The notes under the pieces were generated by a model. It was not told where the DNA came from. It saw nothing but the letters and a program-made list of their open reading frames with translations, and did no database searches. Both the position numbers and the translations under genes were made by a program. Below, piece after piece: positions 41,418 to 54,704 of a stretch of DNA of 64,000 nt (within the stretch, counting starts at the first letter, position 1; every line of letters begins with the position of its first letter). Source of the stretch: Octopus vulgaris (Eukaryota); assembly GCA_951406725.2 (NCBI GenBank), contig OX597823.1, positions 114,204,001 to 114,268,000 on the forward strand, written 5' to 3'.

Positions 41418-41427
41418 TTATATATAT

Positions 41428-41605
41428 AGGCGCAGGAGTAGCTGTGTGGTAACTAGCTTGCTTACCAACCACATGGTTCCGGGTTCAGAGTCACTGAGTA
41501 GCACCTTGTTCAAGTGTCTTCTACTATAGCCACGGGCCGACCAAGGCCTTATGAGTGGATTTGATAGACGGAAACTGAAAGAAGCCCGCCGTATATATGT
41601 GTATG

Positions 41606-41646
<41 letters not shown>

Positions 41647-41830
41647 CTGTGTTTGTACCCCACCCCAACATCGCTTGACAACCCATGCTGGTGTGTTACA
41701 TCCACTTAACTTAACGGTTCGGTATAAAACACCGATAGAATAAGTACCAGGCTTACAAAGAATAAGTCTTGGAGTCGATTTGCTCGACTAAAGGCGGAGG
41801 TCCAGCATGGTCTCAGTCAAATAACTGAAA
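41428..41830 (+). mobile_element. SINE family B, full length with internal microsatellite
   Basis: ggcgcaggagtagctgtgtggt...ggttccgggttcag...(TA)(TG)n...ccagcatgg...ctgaaa. Confidence 0.88.
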
Positions 41831-41849
41831 TCTATCTATATATATATAT

Positions 41850-42250
41850 GGAAAATGCTAAAATAATTTTATAAAATACATTTCAGTACCGGTTTCGGTC
41901 ATTGAGACTTTCAACTATATGGAAAGCAATTAAATTTTGTAAAAATTAAATGAAAAGTGTTTAGAAGAATATTTACATGGTATTCAAACATACGCAGCAT
42001 TTTCCTTGTTTCTGCCTGTCTCTTTCTCTCTTGTTTACTCTTGTGGGTTCGAGGTCGTTGTATATATAGATGCAGGCGTGTCCGTGTAGTAAATTCTGCA
42101 TGTGTGTGTGTGTGTTGGCACGCGCGTTTGTGTTCATTTTGGTCCATGGACATGGCTATGTGTTTAAGATTCTCACTTCACCCAGGATGTCTCGTTTTCA
42201 GTTCCCCTGCTTGGTATATTGATCGGGTGTGCAGACCAAAACCCTCTGTA
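41850..42250 (-). mobile_element. Probable Penelope pLTR with degenerate minimal hammerhead
   Basis: Minus strand 41917-41884 reads UAG-UUGAAA-GUC-UCAAU-GAC-C-GAAA-CCGG-UA-CUG. Confidence 0.5.
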
Positions 42251-42826
42251 GACTACAGCCTTTTTATTGGATTTGGTGGACCGAAATTCTAAGATGTCAG
42301 TTCTATATATGTATGTGTGTGTGTATGTATGTGTATATGTTTGTGTGTGTGTGTGTGAGCGCGTGTCTGTGTCTGTGTGTATGTATACAAACGAATGAGT
42401 GGTGAAGAGTTCCTGGTTTTAAGGGTCTCGTGGGAGGCCTAATTGGAGGCCCAACCCTCCGAGTTCAGTTACAGCGCTTAGAAAAGCGTGAGTAGTTATG
42501 TATCTATACTAGCGCATTGTGGTCGAGTTCGTTTTGACCTATAAGCTGGGTTCGATCCCATTGAGTGATACCATCGCCTTTCATTACTTCGGTTTTTTTA
42601 CATTCCGGTTTTTCAGCGGTTCGGCTACAGGGGCCGATATTATGAGGTTTAACAAAGGTAAGTACTTGTGTCGATTCGTACGAGAAAAACCCTTCAAGGT
42701 GAGGCCTGAGCATGACCAGAGTTGAATAGATGAAACCAGTAACAGAAGAAAGAAAAGTCTCCATAAAACTGAAGTATGATCATTCACATGAACACGAATT
42801 CATTATCGGTATTTATCTATCGAGAA

Positions 42827-43058
42827 GGCGGCGATCTGGCCAAATCGTTAGCACGGCGGGCGAAATCTTTTGTGGTATTTCGTCCGCCGCTGCGTTCTGA
42901 GTTCAAATTCCGCCAAGGTCGACTTTGCCTTTCATCCTTTCGGGGTCGATTAAATAAGTACCAGTTACGCACTGGTTTCGATGTAATCGACTTAATCCGT
43001 TTGTCTATCTTTGTTCGTCCCCTCTATATTTAGCCCCTTGTGGATAGTAAAGAAATAG
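42827..43058 (+). mobile_element. SINE family A, full length
   Basis: Family consensus; flanked by ggtattta(tc/tt)tatcgaga direct repeats. Confidence 0.9.
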
Positions 43059-45639
43059 GTATTTATTTATCGAGATTGGATGGGATGCCAAGTTATAACA
43101 AAAATTTAGTGAAATATTTTAAATGTTTACAATTGGATAGATAGACAAATATAACAAAATAATTTGACAAAAAGTGTGAATTTATCCCCAAGAAGCATCG
43201 TCTCCAGCTGGCTATCGACGCACTATTTGCGTCCTTATATTTTCGAACGGGGGAGGTTCATGATTCCACTCAGTTCAGAGCAATATCTGTATACCAATAG
43301 TAACCACACTATCTCTCTTCAAATGGGAGTCAAGTGAAAAAAAGTTGCCTTTGTTTCCTCTATTTCCCCCAAACAGTTCAGGAAAAGTGACTGGACAACT
43401 GTTCCTCTGGTTGTGATCACTTAGAATACATCCTACTGTTATTTTCACTCACCAACATAAAGTTACTCAATAACCATGTCTCATTTAGTATCAGTAATGA
43501 CAACCAACAATCAACCAGCAGTTCCTCTCCATGGTTATTCAACCAAGAACAAATAGTCACGTTTCCTTCAAGCAAAATACTGATTTAAATCAGGAAGGAC
43601 AACTCGCATAATGTAATCTTCAATTCATTCGAAAATGAAATAAAATGTGATGTTCGGAGCTGGAACCCTATTCTTCCTAGTTTAGTTTAAGTATTTAGCA
43701 TGCAACGAGAACTGATAGATAAGAATAATAGAAGCACAACAGTAACTGCAATCTCAAGCCATATCTTCATATGTTAGTGCGCGCGCCTTTGCACTATCAG
43801 TAGAATCTTCGTCTTTACCGCCAAAAGAATAGTCAAAGACAATTCTCGTGGCTAACACGTCAATTCACCCAACATTTTATGCAAAAGGAATCTGATCTTT
43901 CGTGACACTGGCTCTTCACGTCGAAGAGAAATTACGTTTTATAATTTTTTTCTGTCTCAGAGGAAAAGACTGTCATGAAATGTTAGATTTCTCTTCCCAC
44001 CACGTCATAAAAGTTGTCTAAAGTCACAAACTTCACTGAATGATAATCATCATTGCTGATCACCTCTACTTTCCATAGATTCTCTTATTTTCCTGTAAAC
44101 ATACATTGATTATCGATACAAAATGAGTTCTTTCAAAGAGCTGAATAAGTCTTATCTTTTCAATCTAGTCAGCATGCATATATATAACATTTGGTTAATA
44201 GTAAATTTTTATCACTTAATAGGCAAACTCGCTTTCCATCTCTCTCAATGAGGTGATTCTATAAACACTATGATATGCAGCTTTTCACCGAATAAAGTGT
44301 AATGAGACATTATGGGTGTGTTTCAAGTGCTATAATGATTCAATTTTTAAAAAAAATAATACTGCTTTTTCTGTTAAAATTCTCATGTCAGTGAAGATTT
44401 TTTCTATTAGTGATTATGGAAGGACAATGGCTCTGGTCGTTTTCATAAGCTCTGCAATTCACCTCAATGATGGCAACTAGTCAGGCACCAATAAAAGCAC
44501 TTGATGGCCAAGTGAGGGTGCTATATCGGGAATTTATGTATATTCTAGGCACATCAATTAAATAAAATTTCTTAAATGCTTCCACAATTACCCAAATTAC
44601 AGATGAGGTTTTTGTAGGAAAAACAGATTTTTATCGAGTATTTGAAGAATTAGAAGCTTGAAATGTTAGATGTAATTTATCTAAACTTATCACTAAATAA
44701 TGGAATATTATAAAGACATTCCTTTACAACCTGGCCACATTGAATACACTGAGAAAGACACAGAAAGCGATATAATATCAAGACCAATCGTTGATATATT
44801 TTTTAACTTAAATGATTTGGTAAATGTCCAATCATAGTTCATGGCGCCTCCAACAAGATTCCCTCCAAAAATATAACGAATGCAATTCGGAAAGTTCAAT
44901 ATAATGTACTTGGAGGTGAATTGATTTATGTGAATGAACGGATTAAACCAAGAGTTTATTTTCTGAACTGAAAGGTAAATGAGAACGTAAAGGTTAAGGG
45001 TTAATAGCTACAAAATGTCGGACTCCCAATTCCTAATTGACAAATAGCGAAGTGATTATCTTTACATTATTTTACACATTTACGCTCATTTAATATTCAA
45101 AATATGTATATTACAAGTACATTATCTTCATTATTTGTAATTATTATTGAATCACATTAAATTTGAAACATTTTATGAACGGATTACTTTGAAGTGTCGG
45201 GTTATGTTAATATACTGTTCAATTATATTTTAAAATATAAATATAAGATTTATTTTTATTTTCACGTGTATATCTATATTTCATATTTGCATTTAACTAA
45301 TTCATTGATATTCATTGATATTCATTGATATTCCCTTGTTCATAGGCATATGTAATATTGCTATGCTCCTCATTGCAGTTTTACCAACGCTGCAACCATC
45401 ACTACCAACTCCATCACCACAACACTATTTCCAGAACAATCTTTGCCCGTCTTTTTTTTTCTCTTTCTCTTCTCCCCTTTATTGTCATTTAATCACGAAC
45501 GTTAACAATATCATCACCAATACAAACATAAATGAATACCACTGCTATCAGTATATCAATGAGAAAACCATCATTAATGCTTCCATCACATAACTATCGT
45601 CACCAACAAAGGCAACCCTAACACCAACACCAGAGAGCT

Positions 45640-48600
45640 AATTTGAGGAACTTATTTGAAGGAGGAGCCAATTGCTTTAAAATCCTCCTGTTTAAAAAGA
45701 AAACCAAACGCATTAAATACATTCTTAGATATTTTGCTGGAAATAAAGACAGAAGTGTTATGACTTTAAGGGACTGTCCCTGGCTAAGCATCTTTGATTT
45801 TTGCCGAGATATTCACAGCATCTGGGCAGCTGATCTCTATGACGGTACGTATATGCTTTTTCTTCTGTCCCAAACAACAATATCCGGCCTGTTATATTTT
45901 CGCTTGATTGTAGTTTTAATGAAAAAATTTCACCAAGTCAATTTGATGTGTCAGTCTGGACTTTAATAATCATTTTGAATGTATATGTTAAAGGGTTTCT
46001 GTAAAATGTGAGCCACTTGTACAAATATGCAGCTATTACGTCTCTTCCAGCCACCTGTCCATTATGCAGTATAACTACAGCTTTAGTGAGCGTTTCGAAC
46101 TCAACTCTACATGTTTTATTCTTGATGTTGGTAGGATATACTTTTCTAATCTTCGATCTCATTCTTTATATACAGCTGACGTCTCGAATACGAAACGTCG
46201 TAACAGAAATCTGTGCTGGCTAAATTTCTATAGAATATTTTTGTGTTGTTGTTTATGTGTGTATTCAATAACAGTGAGGATGTTCTCTAATTATTTCCGG
46301 ATAGTCGTTTTATTCGGATTCTATTGTATATTGTTTTAATGACAACGCCATATTGCATTAGATGGTAGTGCCATAATGACTTTTGAGCAGCTGCTAATCT
46401 TTTGTGTGATGTCTTCAACAGGAATATGACCTTATCTACATTTTTGGTGGCATCTTGAGGCATGAAGAGCTTTACTGTCCCTTTTTCTTTTTACTAGGCA
46501 TTTTGTATAAATTTCTTATTTTGGGGTTGCAAATGCAAAGCCTTCGAAATGTGATGTGATGGTGCGGTATAGAGTTCGAGAGAGGATGAATTTCATGTCA
46601 ACTCTTTGGAAAATATACTATGTATAGGTTTTACTTATTATGTTTTATATTCTTTATTTATTTATTTATCTATCAATTTTAGCATGTTGAGTGTTCCACA
46701 TCTTGGCCTTCTTTGGGGTATGTTAGTCCGGCAGTTTTGGAGTTGTATGGGAGGTCGTCATTGACTGAGTGCTTCCGGGGGAGCTCATTGTCGATACGTA
46801 CAATGTATTATTCTTCATTTTTCAGCACTAGACTTACGTATTGATATTTGCCTCTGTTGTTTAGAAGGTGTGTGAGAGACAATACGACATTCAAAAGCTC
46901 TCTGCACTGATCTTAAACCATTGCATCTTTCATCACTTGTTAGGTAAAGCATATCGACATCCCTGTTTCTGTGAAAGTTTCAGTTGGTATCAGAGCCTTG
47001 TGGCTATTAATTTGTATAGAGTGGATTCTTTCTGCAGACCAGTTATCTTTCCCAAGCGTTGATGTCCACACTGAAGAATAGTTTTCACTGCCATATTTTT
47101 AAGTCTGTTATAATATTCTCGGTCATTCTATCTTTCTTTACAACACCTTCATATATTTTCATCAATGCCAAAATTGCCGTAGAATTCTTTGTGTGGTAAA
47201 GGACATACAGAAAGAGCGTTGATGCACAGACCTGTGTATAGGGGTGGGGGCTTGAATAATCAAACAGGAACATTTCTTTTGATCAAATCCATTTACAATG
47301 GGGGGAAATAAATATTCGTACATGTCAAAATTCTTTATTTAATTTCTAATGAACATAAATGGGATATACCAATAATATATTTGCATACACATGCATAAAC
47401 TAAGAATATGCAAAAGAAATTAATAAATTATAGTAACTAAGGAATTTATATTCAATTATAAATATTTAGTGGTGAAAAAAGTATTCGTAAGGAACATAAA
47501 TAACTGATAATTCTGATTTAATACTCCGTAGCATAACCATTATTCAGTTCCACTTCAACCAATCTCTTCTTGTAGTTCTTAAACAATGACTTGCATGTTT
47601 CTTTAGGAATTTTTCCCATTCTTCTTGACAAATTTTCTTCAAATCTGCAATGCACGTTGGGGCTCTTGAATGAATTTTAATATTCAAATAATGCCACAAA
47701 TTTTCAATGGGGTTCAAGTCAGGTGACTGGCTTGGCCATTCTAATAATTTTATATTGTGATTTACAATCCATTTGCATATGTCAGCTAAGACGATCGTCT
47801 GCTCTCAGTTATGTAGGAGGATTGTTGCACGGGTCTTGGTAAGCCTTTCAATAGCAGGTACTTTTGTCGAGTGTAGAGACTTCAGCAAGCATAAGTGGGG
47901 AATAGAGTTGAATGCTTTCCTATAATCAAGCTGTAATGTTACAAAATCTCTGTTGGGATTTATTACTACAGACAGTGCAGCTTTGTTTATCAAATTTTGT
48001 TTTGCTCATCCCCACAATCGCTCCTTTCCAACTGCCTGCTCATCAATCACTGCTGTTGAGAACACACTGATCCTGGAGGAATTGGTTAAAGCAGCCTGCG
48101 AACAATTTGTGCATAATGTTTAGGCAAACAATGTGCCTATAATTTTCTCATGGTTTGGTGGCTTCATAATTGGCTTCTGTAGCAAGTCAATTTGGTGTGT
48201 TAATCTGGACTTCAATAATCATTTTGAATATATATGTTAAAGGCTTTCTGTAAAATGTGAACCACTTGTATAAATATGCAGCTATTATGTCTCTTCCAGC
48301 CACCTGTCCATTATGCAGTATAACTACAGCTTTAGTGAGCGTTTCGAACTCAATTCTACATGTTTTACTCTTGATGTTGTTAGGATATATTCTTCTAACC
48401 TTCGGTCTCATTCTTTATATACAGCTGACGTCTCGAATACGAAACGTCGTAACAGAAATCTGTGCCGGCTAAAATTTCTATAGAATATCTGTAAAGATTA
48501 CCTTAACAAGTTTCCTAACTCTATCCACAATGCATAACATTTGAAATCCTTTTTTTCATTCCAGATCTCAGACCAGAATTATTCAAGATCTTTTTGAGAA

Positions 48601-49200
48601 GGAGGCTTTTTCAACGGTAATGTTTTTCTTCCTCATTTCTCTGTTTAATGATAGTGAGTCAGAAAGAAACTTGTGATTTATACTTGTTCGCCCAAAAAGT
48701 CTTCTACGGTAGTGATGTTTCTTTTCTCTTCACAGTCCTCTGTTTGTGCCTCATAGTAATTAGTTTCCGTCACAAGATTTTTGTGAAGAGTTACCGTAGT
48801 GTTTTGTTAAATTTTGCATAAAGTGTAATTGGTTAACCACCCAATACAGGGGCGTAGTTTGATAATATATTCTTCAAGCTTTGTTTTCCATCTAGGTTGC
48901 TTCCATATAGTAATTTCTTTACTTTGTATACTGCAGAATTTTCTTAGGTGTTTTCTAAAGAGCGACACCGGGTAGTAAATATCCAATAATTAATATCATA
49001 TGATTTCACATATCATATGATTCCCTAGATTCTCCAGCAAAAACATCGATAACTTTCAACGTTACACCAAATGGGTTTTTCTTTAATCGTGTTGAGAAAT
49101 GCCTGTAGCTCAACAGTATTTTGAAAAAACTAGAAAAAGTATTTTTACGAAGTTTGGTTTCAAAAGGCTTCTTAGTTGAATATATTTCTCAAAGGTAAAA
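45640..49200 (-). mobile_element. Decayed R4/Dong-clade LINE (RT, thumb, CCHC, REL endonuclease)
   Basis: Collinear minus-strand motifs: PRWKTKLE, FWSEIWN, NYRHIVCLNIMHKL, LDYRKAFNSIPH, DMLYLT...GLRSV, FEGFAFA...KCR, NRPDIVVWD...IEISCP. Confidence 0.85.
47296..47780 (-). mobile_element. Tc1 (DD34E, IR/DR-type) 3' fragment nested in the R4-like LINE
   Basis: LEWPSQSPDLNPIENLW...YATEY*; terminal TA|caatggggggaaataaatattcgta with an inner direct repeat near 47467. Confidence 0.88.
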
Positions 49201-49638
49201 TACATTCAACTACTAAATTTGAGTGGAGTATGGCAGTGGTACTTGTGCCTCGCGAAATCATGATCGAACGAGTGAAAAAAACTGTGAATTACAGATATGT
49301 TTTACTAAAGAGCATGTGTATTGAACCGACCGCAATTAGTCAAGTGGAGAAGCTCTGAAAGATATGGAAAACGAGAAAGGCAGTTTGTCAGTATATATTA
49401 TTTTAGAAGACACGGAGACACTCATGGAAATCAAAAGGAGTAACAGAAGAAACCGGACCGGATAAACATGGAGATTCTGCTTCATGTCAAACCCGAACAT
49501 AGAAAATGTCCCGGTATAGTTAACGACTTCTTGTAGTAAATAGAAATACCATCACGGGCTTTTTCATTATGGATCTTGGTTTACATATAAAATCCTAGCA
49601 AAATAAGAGGAGTACTTATGACTTCTTAAATTACTTAC

Positions 49639-49715
49639 CTGGTGTGGGAGTACGGCTGGTATCGCTGTTATTGTTATCAGACTCATCCAAGATCGTACTA
49701 GAGGAATTCCAAGTT
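49639..49715 (-). CDS. Candidate 77-nt internal exon
   Basis: Acceptor cttaacttgcag|A and consensus donor CAG|GTAAGT. Open as TWNSSSTILDESDNNNSDTSRTPTP; a second frame is also open. Confidence 0.45.
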
Positions 49716-49929
49716 CTGCAAGTTAAGATTTTCTTTCAAATCTGTCTGAATAACGCTACGTTGTAATACAGAAGGTGTTTCTTATTTAGAGCCGAAGAAA
49801 TAAACCAGTTACTGATGTAGGCTGGCGAAGTCGGCATATTTGCTAAGGAAACGTTCAAGAAAGCATCTGAAATGACATCTGTGCTTCTATGTCTTATGTT
49901 GACGCCGGCATTTTGTACTTGTAGTAATG

Positions 49930-50395
49930 TATTTGTATGTATGTATGTATGTATGTATGTATGTATGTATGTATGCATGTATGTATGTATGTATGTATGT
50001 ATGTATGTATGTATGTATGTATGCATGTATGTATGTATGTATGTATGTGTGTATGTATGTATGTGTGTATGTATGTATGTGTGTATGTATGTAAGTATGT
50101 ATGTATGTATGAATGTATGTATGAATGTATGTATGTATGTATGCATGTATGTATGTATGTATGTATGTATGTATGAATGTATGTATGTATGTATGTATGT
50201 ATGTATGTATGTATGTATGTATGCATGTATGTATGTATGTATGTATGCATGTATGCATGTATGTATGTATGTATGTATGTATGAATGTATGTATGAATGT
50301 ATGTATGTATGTATGTATGTATGTATGTATGCATGTATGTATGTATGTATGTATGTATGTATGAATGTATGTATGTACGTATTTATGTATGTATG

Positions 50396-50427
<32 letters not shown>

Positions 50428-50620
50428 AATGTATGCATGCATGTATGTATGTATGTATGTATGTATGTATGCATGTATGTATGTATGTATGTATGTATGT
50501 ATGTACGTATGTATGTGTGTATGTATGTATGTATGTATGTATGTATGAATGTATGTATGAATGTATGTATGTATGTTTGTATGTATGTTATGTATGTATG
50601 TACGTATTTATGTATGTATG

Positions 50621-50654
<34 letters not shown>

Positions 50655-50885
50655 TGTATGTATGTATGTATGAATGTATGTATGAATGTATGTATGTATG
50701 TATGTATGCATGTATGTATGTATGTATGTATGTATGTATGAATGTATGCATGCATGTATGTATGTATGTATGTATGTATGCATGCATGTATGTATGTATG
50801 TATGTATGTATGTATGCATGTATGTGTTTATGGATGTACGTACGTGTGTTCGTATGTATGTATATATGTATGTATGTATGTTTGT
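49930..50885. repeat. About 950-bp (ATGT)n array with variant units
   Basis: Directly visible; resumes at about 51254-51424. Confidence 0.97.
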
Positions 50886-51029
50886 GTGACCCCCCCCTGC
50901 AAACGAGTATCTCCACGCACTACATTGTCCCCACCAAATGATTGGCACCGCTTTGGGGATGGACACTTTTAGTTTGTCCGCGAAGGGGCCAATACTAGCA
51001 ACAGCCAATATCGGCTCGCACCCCCACGC

Positions 51030-51253
51030 GGACGTGGCAGAAACGTTAGCACGCCGGGCGAAATGCTTAGCGGTATTTCGTCTGCGTTACGTTGTGAGTT
51101 CGAATTCCGCCGAGGTCGACTTTGCCTTTCATCCTTTCGGGGTCGATAAATTAAGTACCAGTCACGCACTGGGGTCGATGTAATCGACTTAATACCTATG
51201 TCTGTCCTTGTTTGTCCCCTCTGTGTTTAGCCCCCTGTGGATAATAAAGAAAT
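51030..51253 (+). mobile_element. SINE family A inserted in the (ATGT)n array
   Basis: Family consensus from tggcagaaacgttagc to taaagaaat. Confidence 0.9.
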
Positions 51254-51429
51254 ATGTATGTATGTATGTATGAATATATGTATGTTTGTGTTTATGCAGG
51301 TACGTACATGTGTGCGTATGTATGTATGTATGTATGTATGTATGTGTGTATATGTATGTATGTATGTATGTGTGTATGTGTATGTATGTATGTATGTATG
51401 TATGTATGTATGTATGTATGTATGAACGA

Positions 51430-52240
51430 GATGTTTAACCTCAAGTCATGTCCAATTAATCAAATTTAGAATCAAAATGATTTCAGACAGGAAACATCCC
51501 GTCTGTGATTTCATAAGTACAATTTGTTTTGGTCTTAGATTATCTAACGTTACGTTTAAATTTATAAACTACCTGATCATATGGGCTTTATTCCCCGCCT
51601 AGGAATTGCGGCTGGTTCTTGATGCAGACATTATTAATTTTCGTATTCTTGTAATATAATATCAATGAAAATATTTGGTTCCCTGTGTGTTGTGTTCTGT
51701 TTAATAAATCTTTTGATAACGTATTCGAGTATTGTATAGTCTGGTTGCATTTGTTTATATAATATAATTTAGCATTTTATTTCCCCCCGCTTTTTAGTGA
51801 GTGCTTTGTCTGCAATATTTATTGTGTTAACTTAGATTCTTTATTGTGTAATTTTGCTTTCTAATTTACTTAAGTTACTTTTATTTTCTACAGTTTGTTT
51901 TATTCTATTAATTTCTTTATGCGCTGCTGCTTTGCTGGCAGACAATCTAAAGACTCTTCTTTAGAAGGATTTTGTTATTGCTGCTTTATGTCTCTGCGAA
52001 TATTCTCTGTGTCCATGGCTATAAAAGTAGTTATTACTATTTCTGTATACACAGAAATAATATATTAATTGTTTCGTATTTGTACTTTTCTATATAAAAA
52101 TGGGCTTGTTGAATTGCTTACAAGTTTTATGTAGTTAAGGTAGAGCGTGGAATTATTTTTTCAATCTATCATTAATTTCATCCCTTCCATCTGGTATGCC
52201 ACACAAGTACCTGGTGTAAACTGGAGGTTTCAATAGCAGC
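51430..52240 (-). mobile_element. Decayed Penelope-like element (thumb plus GIY-YIG)
   Basis: Minus-strand remnants such as RHKAAITKSF and QVVYKFK. Confidence 0.45.
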
Positions 52241-52700
52241 ATATAGCTTTCCCGTAACTAATATCAAATGAAATCAGTAACGCAATCAACGTTACTCATA
52301 TAGAACATTGAAATATTGTCTCAGAGTAGAGAACCCATTGCTTGTTCGTCTCACTATGAATATATTTCTTAGTTAAGGTTATTGAAATTATCTTTGCCGA
52401 AATCATTTGAGCGAAATACCTTTCAATATATTGTTTTCGCTTAAATTCCTTCACAGACTCCGTCTATTTTATTAGTTTATGTTTTAGAAATATTTATCTA
52501 AAGTTCTTTTGTGTCTCTTTTAGTTATGTATTTCATTAGAATTTTTCGTCCTTTTGATTCCTTTCATATTTAGATTTACATTCTTTCCATGACATTTCGA
52601 CTTTATTTCGAATTCTTTGCTTATTTAATACGACTCCATTTACGGGGTTGAAGATGTGCATAAATAGACAGACGCATATATGCGTGGGTGTCAGTGTATA

Positions 52701-52751
<51 letters not shown>

Positions 52752-53864
52752 GTGTGTACCTCTGTGTGTGTGTGTATGTAAAAGAAAAGAGATGATAAAG
52801 GAATGAAAGATGTCTAAGACACACACACATACTGTATGTGTGCGCAGATGCGTGAGTGCCTCTGTGTGTGTGTGTGTGTGTGTGTGCGCGTGTGTGTGTG
52901 TGTGTTTCCTTTTCTTGTCCTTTTTTATTATTTCAATTATTCATAATTCTAATATATATTTCTGCTTTGATTTTACCTACTTTTGCTTCATTCAAAGTTC
53001 AGTTCAATATTTCCGAATTCAATAACTACCGTATTTCATATTTAAAATGTTGGTTTTTATATTTTCTGTTATATAAGAGTAAGATATGGTATCATATTTA
53101 AAACGGGAATCTTTTTCTATCATCTCCCCTTGTTCAGACCGGTCGACATAACGGAGCATCTTTTGGTAGAAGCTATCGCAGTGTTCATGAGTTAGTTCAT
53201 CCAACTTTTCAGATATCAATTGGTGGGCTCTATTGGACGAGTTAGATAAGATAGACATGTATTCCCTTACGGCTGATGTAGTTTAACTCTCTTTTTTATT
53301 TTCGAGGCTTGAGCACCAATTGAAAATTTCAAATTTGATTGCAAAGAATTCAAGTTTGATGACAAAGAATCAAAATTAGATCGAAAATATCAATATAAGG
53401 ATTTGGACCCAGTAATTTTATGAACGAAATATAAGTTTGCTCTTAATTATACAATTACATTTGCATGCCGTAGAACTATCACACTGTGCTTAATTTGTGA
53501 AAAGTGGTGTCGATAAGTTCATATTGATAGACGCCCCGACCCCAAGAGATACTCATGTTCTACAAAACATGTATTATCCGAGGTAGATCTAACCAACAAG
53601 AACCGATACAGCCCACATAAGTCGATAACAGCGAACCCAGTTCTTAACTGCTACTTATTTTATCTATCCATAAAAGAATGGATAAACAAAATGCACCTCG
53701 GCGGGATTTGAACTAGTAACATAAAGACGAACGAAATGCCGCTAAGCATTTTACCGGATATGCTAACCGTTCTACTAGCTCACCGCGTTAAGTATGAAAA
53801 ATTATATTAAAAAGTTTATATATTAAATCACCAGTGTTCCGTAACTATTTATTATTTTTTTTTT

Positions 53865-54086
53865 TTTGTACTTGTTTCAGTCATTTGACTGCGGCCATGC
53901 TGGAGCACCGCCTTTTAGAGTGGTGAAAGAGTACAGCAGGGATCACCACCATCCCCTGCAGGAGCCTCGTGGAGCTTTTTAGGTGTTTTCGCTCAATAAA
54001 CACACACAACGCCCGGTCTGGGAATCGAAACCGCGATCCTCCGACCGCAAGTCCGCTGCCCTAACCACTGGGCCATTGCGCCTCCA
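53865..54086 (-). mobile_element. Chimeric SINE: family C head plus family B tail
   Basis: 54086-53918 matches the 23705 head; 53915-53865 matches the family B 3' end (aaggcggtgctccagcatggccgcagtcaaatgactgaaacaagta). Confidence 0.8.
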
Positions 54087-54112
54087 CTATAGTGACTTAT
54101 TCTGAACTTCTT

Positions 54113-54480
54113 ATTTTTTTATTGACCACAAGGGGCTAAACACAGAGGAGACAAACAGGGACAAACAAAGGGATTAAGTCGATTATATCGAGCCATTGCG
54201 TAACTGGTACTTAATTTATCGACCCCGAAAGGATAAAAGGCAAAGTCGACCTCGGCGGGATTTGAACTCAGAACATAAAGACAGACGAAATACTGCTAAG
54301 CATTTCGCCCGGCGTGCTAACGTTTCTGCCAGCTCGTCGCTTTATTCTGAACTTTTGACTGGATTTTGCACATTAGCCCGATGACAAACAAGGACGAACA
54401 AAGGGATTCAGTCGATTACATCGACCCCAGTGCATAACTGGTACTTAATTTATCGAGCCCGAAAGGATGAAAGGCAAAGT
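54113..54480 (-). mobile_element. SINE family A full copy plus adjacent fragment
   Basis: Full copy 54113-54341; partial copy 54384-54480. Confidence 0.88.
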
Positions 54481-54704
54481 CTTTGGTGAAATATATGGTG
54501 AAATATGGTATATAAAGAATGGTTTTCGATTTTACTGTATGAAATATACTAATGGATAATCGAGAACATCACGCTTTGCAGATTCTCTTGCTTTTAATGT
54601 CTATTTTGATTTGGTGAGAGACAAATCGTTATAGTACGAACAGCTGTTACCGTTTACTTGTCTTTGTATTTTGTCATTTTCTGAATATTTTGGTCAGAAT
54701 ATGT

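Noticed and set aside
46172-46205. Hammerhead-like ctgacg...cgaaacgtcgta
   Set aside because: Core A9 and stems I/II are not satisfied, and the sequence is antisense to LINE coding sequence.
45934-48488. Apparent LTR pair around a 2-kb interior
   Set aside because: The repeats encode part of an R4-type RT and lack TG..CA ends, PBS and PPT.
49872-51008. 289-aa and 373-aa ORFs (MYVC/HTYI repeats)
   Set aside because: Translations of the (ATGT)n array, which lacks stops by composition.
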